From the NCBI RefSeq assembly GCF_009914755.1, contig NC_060934.1: a stretch of DNA of 64,000 nt; one strand, given 5' to 3'. Made by a program: the position numbers and the translations under genes. Of this stretch, positions 14,331-27,549 are shown piece after piece; the first letter of the stretch is position 1, and the number at the start of each line of letters is the position of its first letter. A model generated the notes under the pieces. That model was given only the letters and a program-made list of their open reading frames with translations. It was not told where the DNA came from and did not search any database. Origin of the DNA: the human T2T-CHM13v2.0 reference genome, Homo sapiens.

Positions 14331-17300
14331 AATCATCATCAAATGGACTCAAATGGAATTATCATCGAAAGGAATCATCATCGAATGGAATCGAATGGAG
14401 TCATCCTCGAATGGAATCGAAAGGAATCATCATCAAATGGACTTGAATGGAATCATCATCGAATGGACTCGAATGGAATCATCATTGAATGGAATTGAAT
14501 GGAATAATTGAATGGAATCGAATGGAATCATCATTGAATGGAATCGAATGGAATCATCCTCAAATGGAATCGAATGGAATCATCAATGAATGCACTTGAA
14601 TGGAGTCATTATCAAATGTACTCAAATGAAATCATCATCGAATGGAATCGAATGGAATCATCATCAAATGGAATCATCATCGAATGGAATCGAATGGAAT
14701 CATCATTGAATGGAATCAAATGGAATCATCAAATGGAATCGAATGGAATCATCGAATGGAATTGAATGGAATCATCATCGAATGAAATCAAATGGAATCA
14801 TCATCGAATGGAATAGAATGCAATCATCAAACGGAATCAAATGGAATCATCATCGAATGGAATTGAATGGAATCATCCAATGGAATCAAATGGAATAATC
14901 ATCGAATGGAATCATTGAATGGAATCAAATGGAATCATCAAATGGAATCGAATGGAATCATCATCCAATGGAATTGAATGGAATCATGGAAGGGAATCGA
15001 ATGGAATCATCATTACATGGAATCGAATGGAATCATCATCACAAGGAATCGAATGGAATCATCATTAAATGATATCGAAAGGAAACATCGAACGGAATCG
15101 AATGGAATAAATCAAATGGAATCGAATGGAATCATCATTGAATGGAATCGAATGGAATCATCCAATGGAATCAAATGGAATAATCATCGAATGGAATGGA
15201 ATGGAATCATCATCGAATGGAATCAAAAGGAATCATCAAAAGGAATTGAATGGAATAATCATTGAATGGAATCGAATGAAATCCTAGAATGGAATCGAAT
15301 GGAATCATCGAATGGAATCAAATGGAATCATCAATGAATGGAATCGAATGGAATCATGGAATGGAATCTAATGGAATCATTATCACATGGAATCAAATGG
15401 AATCATCGAATGGAATTGAATGGAATAATCATCGAATGGAATCGAATGGAGTCATGGAATGGAATAGAATGGAATCATCATCGAATGGAATCGAATGGAA
15501 TTATCGAATGGAATTGAATGGAATCATCATTGAATGGAATCGAATGGAATCATCATCGAATGTAATCAAATGGAATCATTGAAAGGAATCGAATGGAATA
15601 ATCATCGAATGGAATCCAATGAAATCCTCGAATGGAAGGGAATGCAATCATCGAGTGGAATCGAATGGAATCATCATCGAATGGAATCGAGTGGAATCAT
15701 AGAATGGAATCGAATGGAATCATCATCGAATGGAATCGAATGGAATCATCGAATGGAATTGAATGGAACAATTATCGAATGGAATCGAATGCAGTCATCC
15801 AATGGAATCGAATGGAATAATCATTGAATGGAAACATCAAATGGAATCGAGTGGAATCATCAAATGGAATCGAATGGTGTCATCATCGAATGGAATCGAA
15901 TGGAATCATGGAATGGAATCAAATGGAAACATCATGGCATGGAAGCAAATGGAATCATCAAATGCAATCGAATGGAATAGACATCGAATGGAATCATCTA
16001 ATGGAATCGAATGGAATCATCAAATGGAATCGAATGGTGTCATCATCGAATGGAATCATCTGATGGAATCGAATGGAATCATCATCACATGGAATCGAAT
16101 GGAATCATCATCAAATGGAATCGAATGGAATCATCAAATGGAATCAAATGGAATCATCAAAAGGAATCAAAAGGAATCATCATCGAATGGAATCGAATGG
16201 AATCATCACTGAATGGAATCATTATCAAATTGATTTGAATGGAATCATCATTGAATGGAATCGAATGGAATCATCGAATGGAATCAAATGGAATCATCAT
16301 AGAATGGAATCAAATGGAATCAACGAATGGAATTGAATGGAATCATCATCAAATGGATTCGAATGGAATCACCCAATGGAATCGAATGGAATAATCATCG
16401 AATGGCATCATTGAATGGAATCATATGGAATCATCGAATGGAATGGAATGGTGTCATCATCGAATGTAATCATCCAATGGAATCGAATGGAATCATTGAA
16501 TGGAATCGAATGGAATCATTGAATGGAATCGAATGGAATCATCGAAAGGAATCGAATGGAATAATCATTCAATGGAATCAAAAGGAATCCTCGAATGCAA
16601 TCAAATGGAATCATCAAATGGAATCAAATGGAATCATCATCAAATGGAATCATGGAATGGAATCGAATGGAAACATCATCACATGGAAGCAAATGGAATC
16701 ATCAAATGCAATCGAATGGAATAAACATCAAATGGAATCATCGAATGGAATTGAATGGAATCATCGAATGGAATCGAATGGTGTCATCATTGAATGGAAT
16801 CATCCAATGGAATCGAATGGAATCGAATGGAATAATAGAATGGAATTGAATGGGATCATTGAATGGAATCGAATGGAATCATCATCAAATGGAATCAAAT
16901 GGAGTCATCCAATGGAATCGAATGAAATCATGATCGAATGGAATAGAATGGAATCATCAGATGGAAACAAATGGAATCATCATCAAATGGAATCAAATGG
17001 AATCATCGAATGGAATTGAACGGAATCATCATCGAATGGAATCAAATGGAATCATGAATGAATGGAATCATTATCTAATTGAATCGAATGGAATCATCAT
17101 CAAATGGAATCAAATGGAATCATTGAATAGAATCAAATGGAATCATCAAAAGGAATCAAATGGAATCATAATCGAATGGAATCAAATGGAATCAACGAAT
17201 GGAATTGAATGGAATCATCATCGAATGGATATGAATGGTATCATCCAATGGAATCGAATTTAATAATCATCAAATGGAATCATCGAATGGAATTCTATGG

Positions 17301-20300
17301 AATCATCGAACAGAATCGAATGGTGTCATCATCAAATGGAATCATCCAATGGAATCGAATGGAATCATCGAATGGAATAATTGAATGGAATCGAATGGAA
17401 TCATTGAATGGAATCATCATGGAATGGAATCAAATGGAGTTGTCCAATGGAATCGAATTGAGTCATCATCACATGGAATCAAATGGAATCATCGAATGGA
17501 ATTGAATGGAATCATCATCGCATAGAATCGAAAGGAATCATCATCACATGGAATCGAATGGAATCATCATTGAATGGTATCAAAAGGAATCATCGAATGG
17601 AATCAAATGGAATCGAATGGAATCATATTTGAATGGAATCGAATGGAATCATCATCGAATGAAATCAAAAAGAATCATCAAATGGAATCGAATGCAATCA
17701 TCATCGAATGGAATCGAATGGAATCATCATCGAGTGGAATTGAATGGAAACTTCAAAAGGAATCGAATGGAATAATCATCAAATGGAATCAAATGAAATC
17801 CTAGAATGGAATTGAAAGGAATCATGGAATGGAATCGAATGGAATTATCATCAAATGGAATCAAATGGAATCATGGAATGGAATCAAATGGCATAATAAT
17901 CACATGGAATAAAATGGAATCATCGAATGGAATCGAATGGAATCATCATCGAATGGAATTGAATGGAATCATAATAGTATGGAATTGAATGGAATAATCA
18001 TTGAATGGAATCGAATGGAATCCTCGAATTTAATTGAATGGATTCATCGAATGAAATCGAATGGAATCATCATCGTATGGAATTGAAATGAATCATGGAA
18101 TGCAATCAAATGGAATCATCATTGAATGGAATTGAATGGAATCATCAAATGGAATTGAGTAGAATCATCATCGCATGGAATCGAATGGAATAATCAAATG
18201 GAATCAAATGGAATCATCATCACATGGAATCGAATGGAATCATCATTGAATGGTATTGAAACAAATCATCAAATGGAATCTAATGGAATAAATTGAATGG
18301 AACCGAACAGAATCATCATCAAATGGAATCAAATGGAATCATTGAATGGAATCACGATAGAATGAAATCGAAAAAAATCATTGAAAGGAATCTAATGGAA
18401 TCATCATCGAATGGAATCGAATGGAATCATCATCGAATGGAATCGAATGGAATCATCAAAAGGAATTGAATGGAAAAAACATCAAATGGAATCAAATGAA
18501 ATCCTCGAATGGAATCGAATGGAATCATCGAATGGAATCGAGTGGAATCATCATTGAATGGAATCAAATGGAATCATTGAATGGAATCAAATGGAATCCT
18601 CATCGTGTGGAATCAAATGGAAACATCAAATGGAATCGAATGGAATCATCATCAAATGGAAGTGAATGGAATCATAGAACATAATCGAACTCAATCATCA
18701 AATGGAATCAAATGGAAAAATCATCGAATGGAATCGAACAGAATCATTGAATGGATTTGAATGCAATCATCATCAAATGGAATCGAAAGGAATCATCAAC
18801 GAATGGAATCTAATGCAATCATCATCAAATGGAATCGAAAGGAATCATCAACGAATGAATTGAATGGAATCGTCAAAATGAATCGAATGGAATAAACATC
18901 GATTGGAAACAAATGGAATCCTCGAATGGAATCAAATGGAAACATCGAATGGAAATGAATGGAATCATCTTTGAATGGAATCGAAAGGAATCATGGAATG
19001 GAATAGAATGGAAACATCATCACATGGAAGCAAATGGAATCATCGAATGGGATTGAATGGAATAATCATCAAATGGAATCACTGAATGGAATAGAATGGA
19101 ATCTTCGAATGGAATCGAATGGTGTCATCATCGAATGGAATCATCCCATGCAATCGAATGGAATCATAGAATGGAATCATAAAATGGAATCAAATGGAAT
19201 CAACAAATGGAATCGAATGGAATCATCATCGAATGGAATCGAATGGAGACATCCAATGGTATCAAATGGAATCATCATTGAATGGAATCGAATGGAATCA
19301 TCAAATGGAATTGAATGGAATCATCATCGAACGGAATTGAATGGAATCATTGAATGGAATCGAATGGAATCATCATCGAATTGAATCAAATGGAATCATC
19401 ATAGAATGGAATCTTCTTCCAATAGAATCAAATGGAATCATCGTTGAATGGAATCGAATGGAATCATCGAATGGAATCAAATGTAATCATCGAATGAACT
19501 CGAATGGAATCATCACCGAATGAAATTGAATGGAATAATCAACTGGAATTGAATGGAATCATCCAATGGAATCGAATAGAATAATCATCGAATGGGATCA
19601 TCGAATGGAATCAAATGGAATCATCGAATGGAATCGAATGGTGTCATCATCAAAAGGAATAATCCAATGGAATCAAATGGAATCATCGAATAGAATCGAA
19701 TGGAATCATCATCGAATGGAATCGAATGGAATCATGGAATTGAATCGAATGGAATCATCATTTCATGGAATCGAATGGAATCATCATCACGTGGAATCGA
19801 ATGGAATCATCATCGAATGGTATTGAAAGGAAACATCGAATGGAATTGAATGGAACAAATCGAATTGAATCAAATGGAACCATCATCGAATGAAATCAAA
19901 TAGAGTCATCGAATGGAATCATCATCGAATGAAATCGAAAAGAATCATCGAATGGAATCGAACGCAATCATCATCGAATGGAATCGAATGGAATCATCAT
20001 TGAATGTAATTGAATGGAATCATTGAAAGGAATTGAATGGAATAATCATTGAATGGAATTGAATGAAATCAGAATGGAATTGAATGGAATCATCGAATGG
20101 AATCAAATGGAATCATCATCGAATGGAATCGAATGGAATCATGGAATGGAATCAAATGGAATCATCATCGCATGGCATCAAATGGAATCATCACATGGAA
20201 TCGAACGGAATAATCATCGAATGGAATCGAATTGAATCATCAAATGGAATCGAATGCAATCATCGAATGGAATCGTCATCGAATGGAATCGAATGCAATC

Positions 20301-20390
20301 ATCATCAAATGGAATCGAATGGAATCGAATGGAGTCGAATGGAATCATCATCAAATGGAATCGAGTGGAATCATCGAATGGATTCGAGTG
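14331..20390 (+). repeat. Human satellite II (HSat2) array, diverged, GGAAT strand
   Basis: About 6 kb of AATCATCATCGAATGGAATCGAATGG-type 23-26 bp units; all MESNGII.../MEWN... ORFs derive from it. Confidence 0.95.
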
Positions 20391-21600
20391 TCTGTTCAGA
20401 CAGGTCTGGGGGATATCTAAAGGACTCATGAAAGGCTGTTTTTTTCTGTGTTGCTAGAATAAAGAACATATAAGGAATGGACATTTTTAAGAAACTCTGC
20501 AAGGAGACCTAACAAACCACGGATGCTTAGGGCAAAAATTAGAGTTTACACATATAGTAGATCACCTTCAGCACAGGAAGAAAAGTTGGAGAAGAGTATT
20601 TGGAAAACTAAGACATTCAAAATCATTCACGTACATGGGAGAGTCTAGAAAGTCACATGTATGCATAGGTTAAGCCATATGCTGAAAAATGTCATAAGAA
20701 GACCCTACACTTTTACCTTGGCCGATCCCTCCCCTCAGTGCAAGCTCTGTGCAAGAGTGAACTTGAACTTCACTCAGTGCAAGAGTGAACGCACACTTTG
20801 TGGCGGCTTTAAAGAACCCAGCACAAAGCTAGTCTGCATGGCCTAGAGACATATTTTGCTGGATAATGATTACTTGTTTTTCTTTGTTTTTGTTGTATTT
20901 GCCTGTTTTCTTAGTTCCTGACATACAAGAAAATCACTGTCAAAACATTAGCTTAACATTTGTTAAGGAAACAAAAAGCCTTTGGTGACCACACCTTATA
21001 AAGCAAACAGTTTTGTAAATCACTTTGGAAAATTTCACTAAAAAAAATCCTTAACAATATAATAAGAAAAGAAAATTTAAAACCACAAAACATTACTGTG
21101 TTTGTAGGGGGGGTTCTGATTTACAGAGTAACCACATAGTAATTGTAATTATTATAATGTCCAGTTTTCAAAAAAAGTTACAAGGCATACAAAGAATGGG
21201 AAAGTATGGCTCATTCAAAGAAAAAAAACAAATTGACAGAGAATATCTCTAAGGAAACCCAGACATCAAACTTACTAGACAAAGACTTTAAAACAACTCT
21301 CTTCATTATACTCAAATGTCAAAAGGAAAACATAAACAAAGAAATCAAGGAATCAGAACAAATATTAAAAAGTAGGAATATCAACAGAGATAACAAATTC
21401 TGGAGCGGAAAACTACAACGATAAAAATTTAAAAATCACCAGAGGGATTTAAGAGTATATTTGCACACACAGAAGAAGACATGAGCTTGAAGATAAGAAA
21501 ATGGAAAATATTGACTCTCAGAAACAGATAAAAAATGAGCAGAGACTAATGAATCTGTGGGACATCATCAAATAGATCAACATTCATATTCTAAAAGGAT
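20391..21600 (+). mobile_element. Old LINE-1 5' region/ORF1 remnant (L1M)
   Basis: ORF 21206-21424 (MAHSKKKNKLTENISKETQTSNLLDKDFKTT...) and CTGTGGGACATCATCAA resemble old L1 ORF1. Confidence 0.7.
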
Positions 21601-21624
21601 AAATTATGTTGTTGAAAACTTTAG

Positions 21625-21765
21625 CATTCTTTCTTTTCACCTTTCTTTCTTCCTCCCTCCCCCTCCTCCTCCTTTTTACTTTTCTTCCTCTTCCTTTCTC
21701 TTCTTCTGTCTCTCCTTCATTATCCCTTTTGCTCTGTTTCTCTTTCTCCCTTTCTCTTTTCTTTC
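21625..21765. repeat. CT-rich low-complexity tract
   Basis: Near-pure polypyrimidine run of about 140 bp. Confidence 0.8.
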
Positions 21766-22199
21766 AATTATCTCAATTACGAAGAGATGTTTAAATACCC
21801 TTACCATGTGAGTTGATATGGTTATTTCTGCCTTTAGTTCTTTTTTGAGATTTATAGTCACTCTAAGTAAAGAGATAACCCAAACATAAGCCTCATAAAC
21901 AGGCTTCCATACCATTCTTAATTTGGTCCTGTAATTCTTCATTGCTGTGTTAACTTTCTGATGCTTTTAAGGATGTTTTATAACAAATTGTTTAGTTTTT
22001 TCCAATGGAGTGTTTATTCTGAATTATCTAATTCATATTGTAAGTATAGAGGGAGTTTAATATAAAATTATTAAGCTGACATTTGTGAAAGAATGTATTT
22101 GTGCATTTAACAAATATGTTAATCCTCAGACTGTTATTGGGCAGCTGAGCATACAGCAATAAAAATAACATAATTTTTATGTGTGCAATATTTATGGAA

Positions 22200-22960
22200 T
22201 ACGTTACTGGACCAAATAAATAATTTAGTTAATAACATGACAAAGAACAGAAATTGTATACACTATAAAGCATAGTAATGGAATAATGAATGATTAAAGT
22301 TATTAATATTAGGTAGAAAATAAAGGGTATCTTTGAGAGCAGAAATCAAGGAAGCAAGCAATTCGCCTTACGAGGAAAGAGTTACCTGTGGATAAAGGAG
22401 AAACTGAAAAATTTACAAGTCAAGACTTTTTGAGCAAAAACAAAAATATGATTATTAGTCACCAATTCAGTACAGTGAAAAAAAAGTTGAAGAGATATCT
22501 TGGAAGTAAACCATGTTGTGGAAGAGCATGTAGGGTTTTGATAATCATGGGATTATTCTGAATTAATTTTAAATGCAATAGGAATATATGAGATAATTTC
22601 AGCAGAGAATAACATGATTGTGTTTGCATTTCAAAGGGGTGTATCTGGTGCACCGTGTAGAATAAATAGGTTATGTGAGCAAATAAATTAGGAGGCTATT
22701 GTAATCCAGAGAAAAAAGGCAGTGACTTAGGTGAGAATGCTGTCAGGATGAGTGGTATTAGTGGTGAGAAGTCGTTAGGCCATGGATGTATTTCATAGGA
22801 CTGGCCAAGAGAACTGCAGCTAAATTGGAGTGTAGGGAATGAAATGGAGAACTCAAAGATGACTCTGAGCACTGGAAAGTGACAGCTGTCACTGAAGCAT
22901 GCTGATGCCTCTTATTAAGAGAGTTACTTGGGAATGGCAAGATCAAGACTTCTCACTTTC
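22200..22960 (-). mobile_element. LINE-2 fragment
   Basis: Antisense L2 motifs TTAGGAGGCTATTGTAATCCAGAG and TCAAAGATGACTCTGAG. Confidence 0.65.
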
Positions 22961-24445
22961 AAATTTATGAAAAATATTGTTTTCAGAACGAATGACTTTG
23001 GGATCAGAAAGCCACCATTCTAATTGATGGTTCCACGACTACACGGGCTCACACTCCCAAGAACAAAAGTAAATAATCACAAAGGTGCTTCCTGATAATC
23101 TAGAGAATGGAGAATTACTGTAACATCTTTCTGATTTTAGGAGAGGTAGCAGTTCCCTGTTTAGCCTAAACGCTATTTTTTTTAAAGCTCAGCAAAGAGA
23201 CTCCAATATAATTTTCAAACGTGTGTAACTTAAATTCTCATATGAAATACCACTATGCTTAAATTAGTCAAAACATTTTCCCTATCTACAACTCTATCTT
23301 GTCACTGCAATCATTTTCACAAAAGTGACTGCAGCTCACAGACACTAAAAGGAGAAAATCCAGGGTAGGTTACCTGATCTAGTTAGTTTCGAAGACAGGA
23401 TCTAGAGATTATTTAATATGAAATAGGTCACCTGAAATGTTTACTGAAAACAGCTTGGGTCAGCCCAGTTTTCTACCACTGAACCATGCATTTGGTTTAA
23501 AAAACACAACAACTCTGGGGAATATCAGCTGCTTCCAACTGTGTTGAAGGTGTTAAAGAAAAAAGCATAAAATAAAAAATGATCATCTGAGGCCTTTATA
23601 GTCTCTGCTCAAGACACTAGAGTCTTCCATTCTTAATGAAACACCCAAATATCTTAATAATTGGGCAAAATCTAAGTATCAGAGAGATAATTTTATCTTG
23701 AAGATTGTTAAATTATAATGGTGATTCACTACCTTGCCACGTCTCTGAGTCAAAAATTAGGTATTTGTTTAGGAATCAATCATAATCTGCAATTTGGAAA
23801 TAGGAAGATTTTAGAAGACTCAGACATTGACTTTCTTGTGTGCAAAAAAAAGACGTATTGAGATAAGACAAGTCTTTCCTTGCAAGGATACCTCTAATGC
23901 TCATACACCACCTCCCCTAACATTAATAGAGCTTCCAGGTCAGTAACCAGTGTCAGAGAGCAGCCCATGCAACTACAAATTCAATAGATGTCGAACACAG
24001 GGTCAAGCCTAGAATAAGAAGTCTTAGCTAATTAAGTATGCTTTTTTCCCCAAACTCATATTAACAAAAACTTGGATATGTCAGAGAATGCATTCTAAGT
24101 TCACTCAACATAGGAGGGAGAAACATAATTTTAAATTAAGAGCTGAAGCATTCTTGTCCTAACAGAAAGCAAGGAAAACGAAATATCACACCACAGGAGG
24201 GATTTCACAAATTAGTGTCAACATCAAAACCTTAAAATAGGCAAGGAGAATGGAGATTCACAGTGAACTCTTGTACTTGTTTTATTCAGAGAAGAGATGG
24301 TTCTGAGAGAATGACAGTGAACTAACCCCAGCTGGTTTAGTTGGTGCTTTCAACTGCTGCTTCTGATCAACTTCTTTAGCTAGAAAAAATTGATGAGGAT
24401 TTTGGCATGTGGTATTAGAGATGGTTATTAACTTTTTCCTCTTAT

Positions 24446-24550
24446 TTGCATTGTTCAATGTAGTAAATACTAGCTGTGTGTGGCTACTTCAATTCAAATT
24501 AATTACAATGAAATATACTTAAATATTGAATTTTTTAGTCACTGTTGGTT
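24446..24550. mobile_element. hAT-Charlie MITE fragment (MER3/MER33-like)
   Basis: ACTAGCTGTGTGTGGCTAC...AAATTAATTACAATGAAATA...TTAGTCAC motif order. Confidence 0.5.
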
Positions 24551-25277
24551 CATTATTGAATATCTTCAGCTAAGATTTCCCATCTAAATACACTAAGAGG
24601 TGGCTTAGTTAACTGGTTGTCCACAAATATTGAAGCTGTTGTTAACTCCTGATATATTCTCTGCAAAGAGAATATTCATGAGCCTCCTCCTGAAATCAGC
24701 AGCCTAGAGACAGTTTTATAAATTGGATACAAGTTGGAAATCTATATACTCTTTAAGTTTTTGAAATATTAGCTTCCCAGGGAAGAAAATCAAATTCATA
24801 AGATATGTTAGGACAATTTAACTCAAGATGTTCAAAACTGAAATGACATATTCTACAATATGTGATAAAACCACCCCCTAACAACTTAAAGCAAAACAGG
24901 GATTGACCTTAAAGACCTGCCTTTTCCTCATCCCCCAGCCAATCAGTTTTCAAATCTTGCATTTTATTTTGAAAGGTTCTTATCCCCCTGGTCTCTTGTT
25001 TCTAGATTTGGCACATATTTTTGTTACCTCTATCTACTGACTTTTCTCTCTTCAAACAGTATCTATGCCTGCCAAATGTGAACATACAAAAAACAAATCA
25101 GAATGTGCCATTCTGATTTAAACTGCTTATTAGTTAATACCCTCAAGGCAACATCTGGGTTCTTGGCTGCAATGAGTCAAGCCTACTTACATCTTTTTTT
25201 GTCTTTGGCTGCACATTTCCTATCACATCACACTCCAGCAATGCCAAGCTGTGCCGGCCTTCTACCCCATCTCCACT

Positions 25278-27549
25278 ATTTTGCCCTCCGCCGCCGCGGC
25301 TTTTTGCCCCCCCCCCCCCGCCCCTCCCCGGCTTTTTACTCTCCGAGACTTTTCGCCCCCCGTCGCCGCGGCATTTTGCCACCCGCCACCGTGGCTTTTT
25401 GCTGCCCCGCCGCCGCGGCTTTTTCCCCACCGCGGCTTTTTACCGCCCGTCGCCGCGGCTTTTTGCCCACCCGCCGCCGCGGCTTTTTGCCCCCACCGCT
25501 CCTCGGCGTTTTGCCCGCCGCGGCTTTTTGCGTCCCCGCCGCCGTGGCTTTTTACCACCCCCCCCCACGTGCCGCGGTTATTTACCCGCCGCAGCTTTTT
25601 GCACCCCCGCCACCACGACTTTTTGCACCCCCGCCGCCGCGGCTTTTTGCCCCCCGACGTCGCTTTTTGCCCGCCGCGGCTTTTTGCCCCCCCCGCCGCC
25701 GCGGCTTTTTCCCCACCGCGGCTTTTTACCGCCCGTCGCCGCGGCTTTTTGCCCACCCGCCGCCGCGGCTTTTTGCCCCCACCGCTCCTCGGCGTTTTGC
25801 CCGCCGCGGCTTTTTGCGTCCCCGCCGCCGCGGCTTTTTACCACCCCCCCCCACGTGCCGCGGTTATTTACCCGCCGCAGCTTTTTGCACCCCCGCCACC
25901 ACGACTTTTTGCACCCCCGCCGCCGCGGCTTTTTGCCCCCCGACGTCGCTTTTTGCCCGCCGCGGCTTTTTGCCCCCCCCCGCCGCCGCGGCTTTTTCCC
26001 CACCGCGGCTTTTTAGCCCCCACCGCCGCGGCTTTTTACCGCCCGCCGCCGCGGCTTTTTGCCCCCCCGCCGCCGCGGCTTTTTGCCCCACCGCCGCCGC
26101 GGCTTTTTGCCCCCACCGCTCCTCGGCGTTTTGCCCGCCGCGGCTTTTTGCGTCCCCGCCGCCGCGGCTTTTTACCACCCCCCCCCAAAAGCCGCGGTTA
26201 TTTACCCGCCGCAGCTTTTTGCACCCCCGCCGCCGCGGCTTTTTGCACCCCCGCCGCCGCGGCTTTTTGCACCCCCGCCGCCGCGGCTTTTTGCCCGCCG
26301 CGACTTTTTGACACCCTGGCATTGCGGCTTTTTGCCCGCCCCGGCTGTTTGTCCCCCGGCCGCCGCGAGTTGTTCCCCGCCCCGGGTTTTTGCCCCCCCG
26401 GCGCCGTGGCTTTTTGCCCCCCTGCCGCCGCGGCTTTTTCCCCGCCGCGGCTTTTTGCCCCACCGCCGCCGCAGGTTTATGCCCGCCGCGGCTTTTTGCC
26501 CCCCGCCGCGGCTTTTTGCCCACCGCGGCATTTTGCCCCCCGCCGCCGCGGCTTTTTGCCCCCGGACGTCGCTGCTTTTTGTCCGCCGCGGCTTTTTGTC
26601 CCCCCCGCCGCCGCGGCTTTTTGCTGGCAGCGGCTTTTTGCCCCCCTGCCGCCCCGGCTTTTTGCCTCCGCGGCTTTTTACCCGCCGCGGCTTTTCGCCC
26701 CTCGCTGTCGCGACTTTTTGCACCCCCCCCGCCGCCGCAACTTTTTGCCCACCGCGGCTTTTTGCACCCCCGCCGCCGCGGGTTTTTGCACCCCCGCCGC
26801 CGCGGCTTTTTGCCCCCCGACGTCGCGGCTTTTTGCCGCCCCCCGCTGCCCCGGCTTTTTGCCGGCCGCGGCTTTTTGCCCCCCCCCCCCCGCCGCGGCT
26901 TTTTGACCCCCCCGCCGCCGCCGCGGCTTTTTCCCCACTGCGGTTTTTTGCCCCCCGCCGCCGCGGCATTTTGCCCCCCGCCGCCGCGACTTTTTGCCCG
27001 CCGCGGCTTTTTGCACCCCCACTGCCGCGGCTTTTTGCCCCCCGACGTTGCGGCTTTTTGCCGCCCGCCGCCGCGGCTTTTTGCCCCCCGCCGCCGCGGC
27101 TTTTTGCCGGTCGCGGCTTGTTGCCCCCCTGCCACCGCGGCTTTTTGCCCCCACCCCCCGGTGCCGCGGTTATTTGCCTGCCGCGGCTTTTTGCCCCCGA
27201 CTGCCGCGGCTTTTTGCCCGCCACGGCTTTTTGCCCCTCGCTGCCACGGCTTTTTGCCCCCCCGCTGCCGCGATTTTTTGCCCCCCGCGGCTTTTTGCAC
27301 CCCCGCCGCCAAGGCTTTTTGCCCCCCGACGTCGCGGCTTTTTGCCGCCCCCCGCTGCCCCGGCTTTTTGCCCGCCGCGGCTTTTTGACCCCCCCGCCGC
27401 CGCGGCTTTTTCCCCACTGCGGTTTTTTGCCCCCCGCCGCCGCGGCATTTTGCCCCCCGCCGCCGCGGCTTTTTGCCCCCCGCCGCCACGGCTTTTTGCC
27501 CCCCCGCCGTCGCGGCTTTTTGACCCCTGCCGCAGCGGCTTTTTGTCCC
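25278..27549. repeat. GC-rich pericentromeric tandem repeat (CCGCCGCGGCTTTTTGCCC)n, GCTTTTTGC/CAAAAAGC type
   Basis: About 2.3 kb of ~17-25 bp variable units with a near-invariant GCGGCTTTTTG core; very CpG-rich; source of all Pro/Ala/Arg- and Gly/Lys/Arg-rich ORFs. Confidence 0.95.

Noticed and set aside
14212-20457. Dozens of overlapping ORFs (MESNGIIIEWN..., up to 230 aa)
   Set aside because: Translations of HSat2/3 satellite in all frames; no coding complexity.
25278-27549. CRISPR-like repeat-spacer appearance
   Set aside because: Intervening sequences are degenerate copies of the same C-rich unit rather than unique spacers; primate context and no cas genes.
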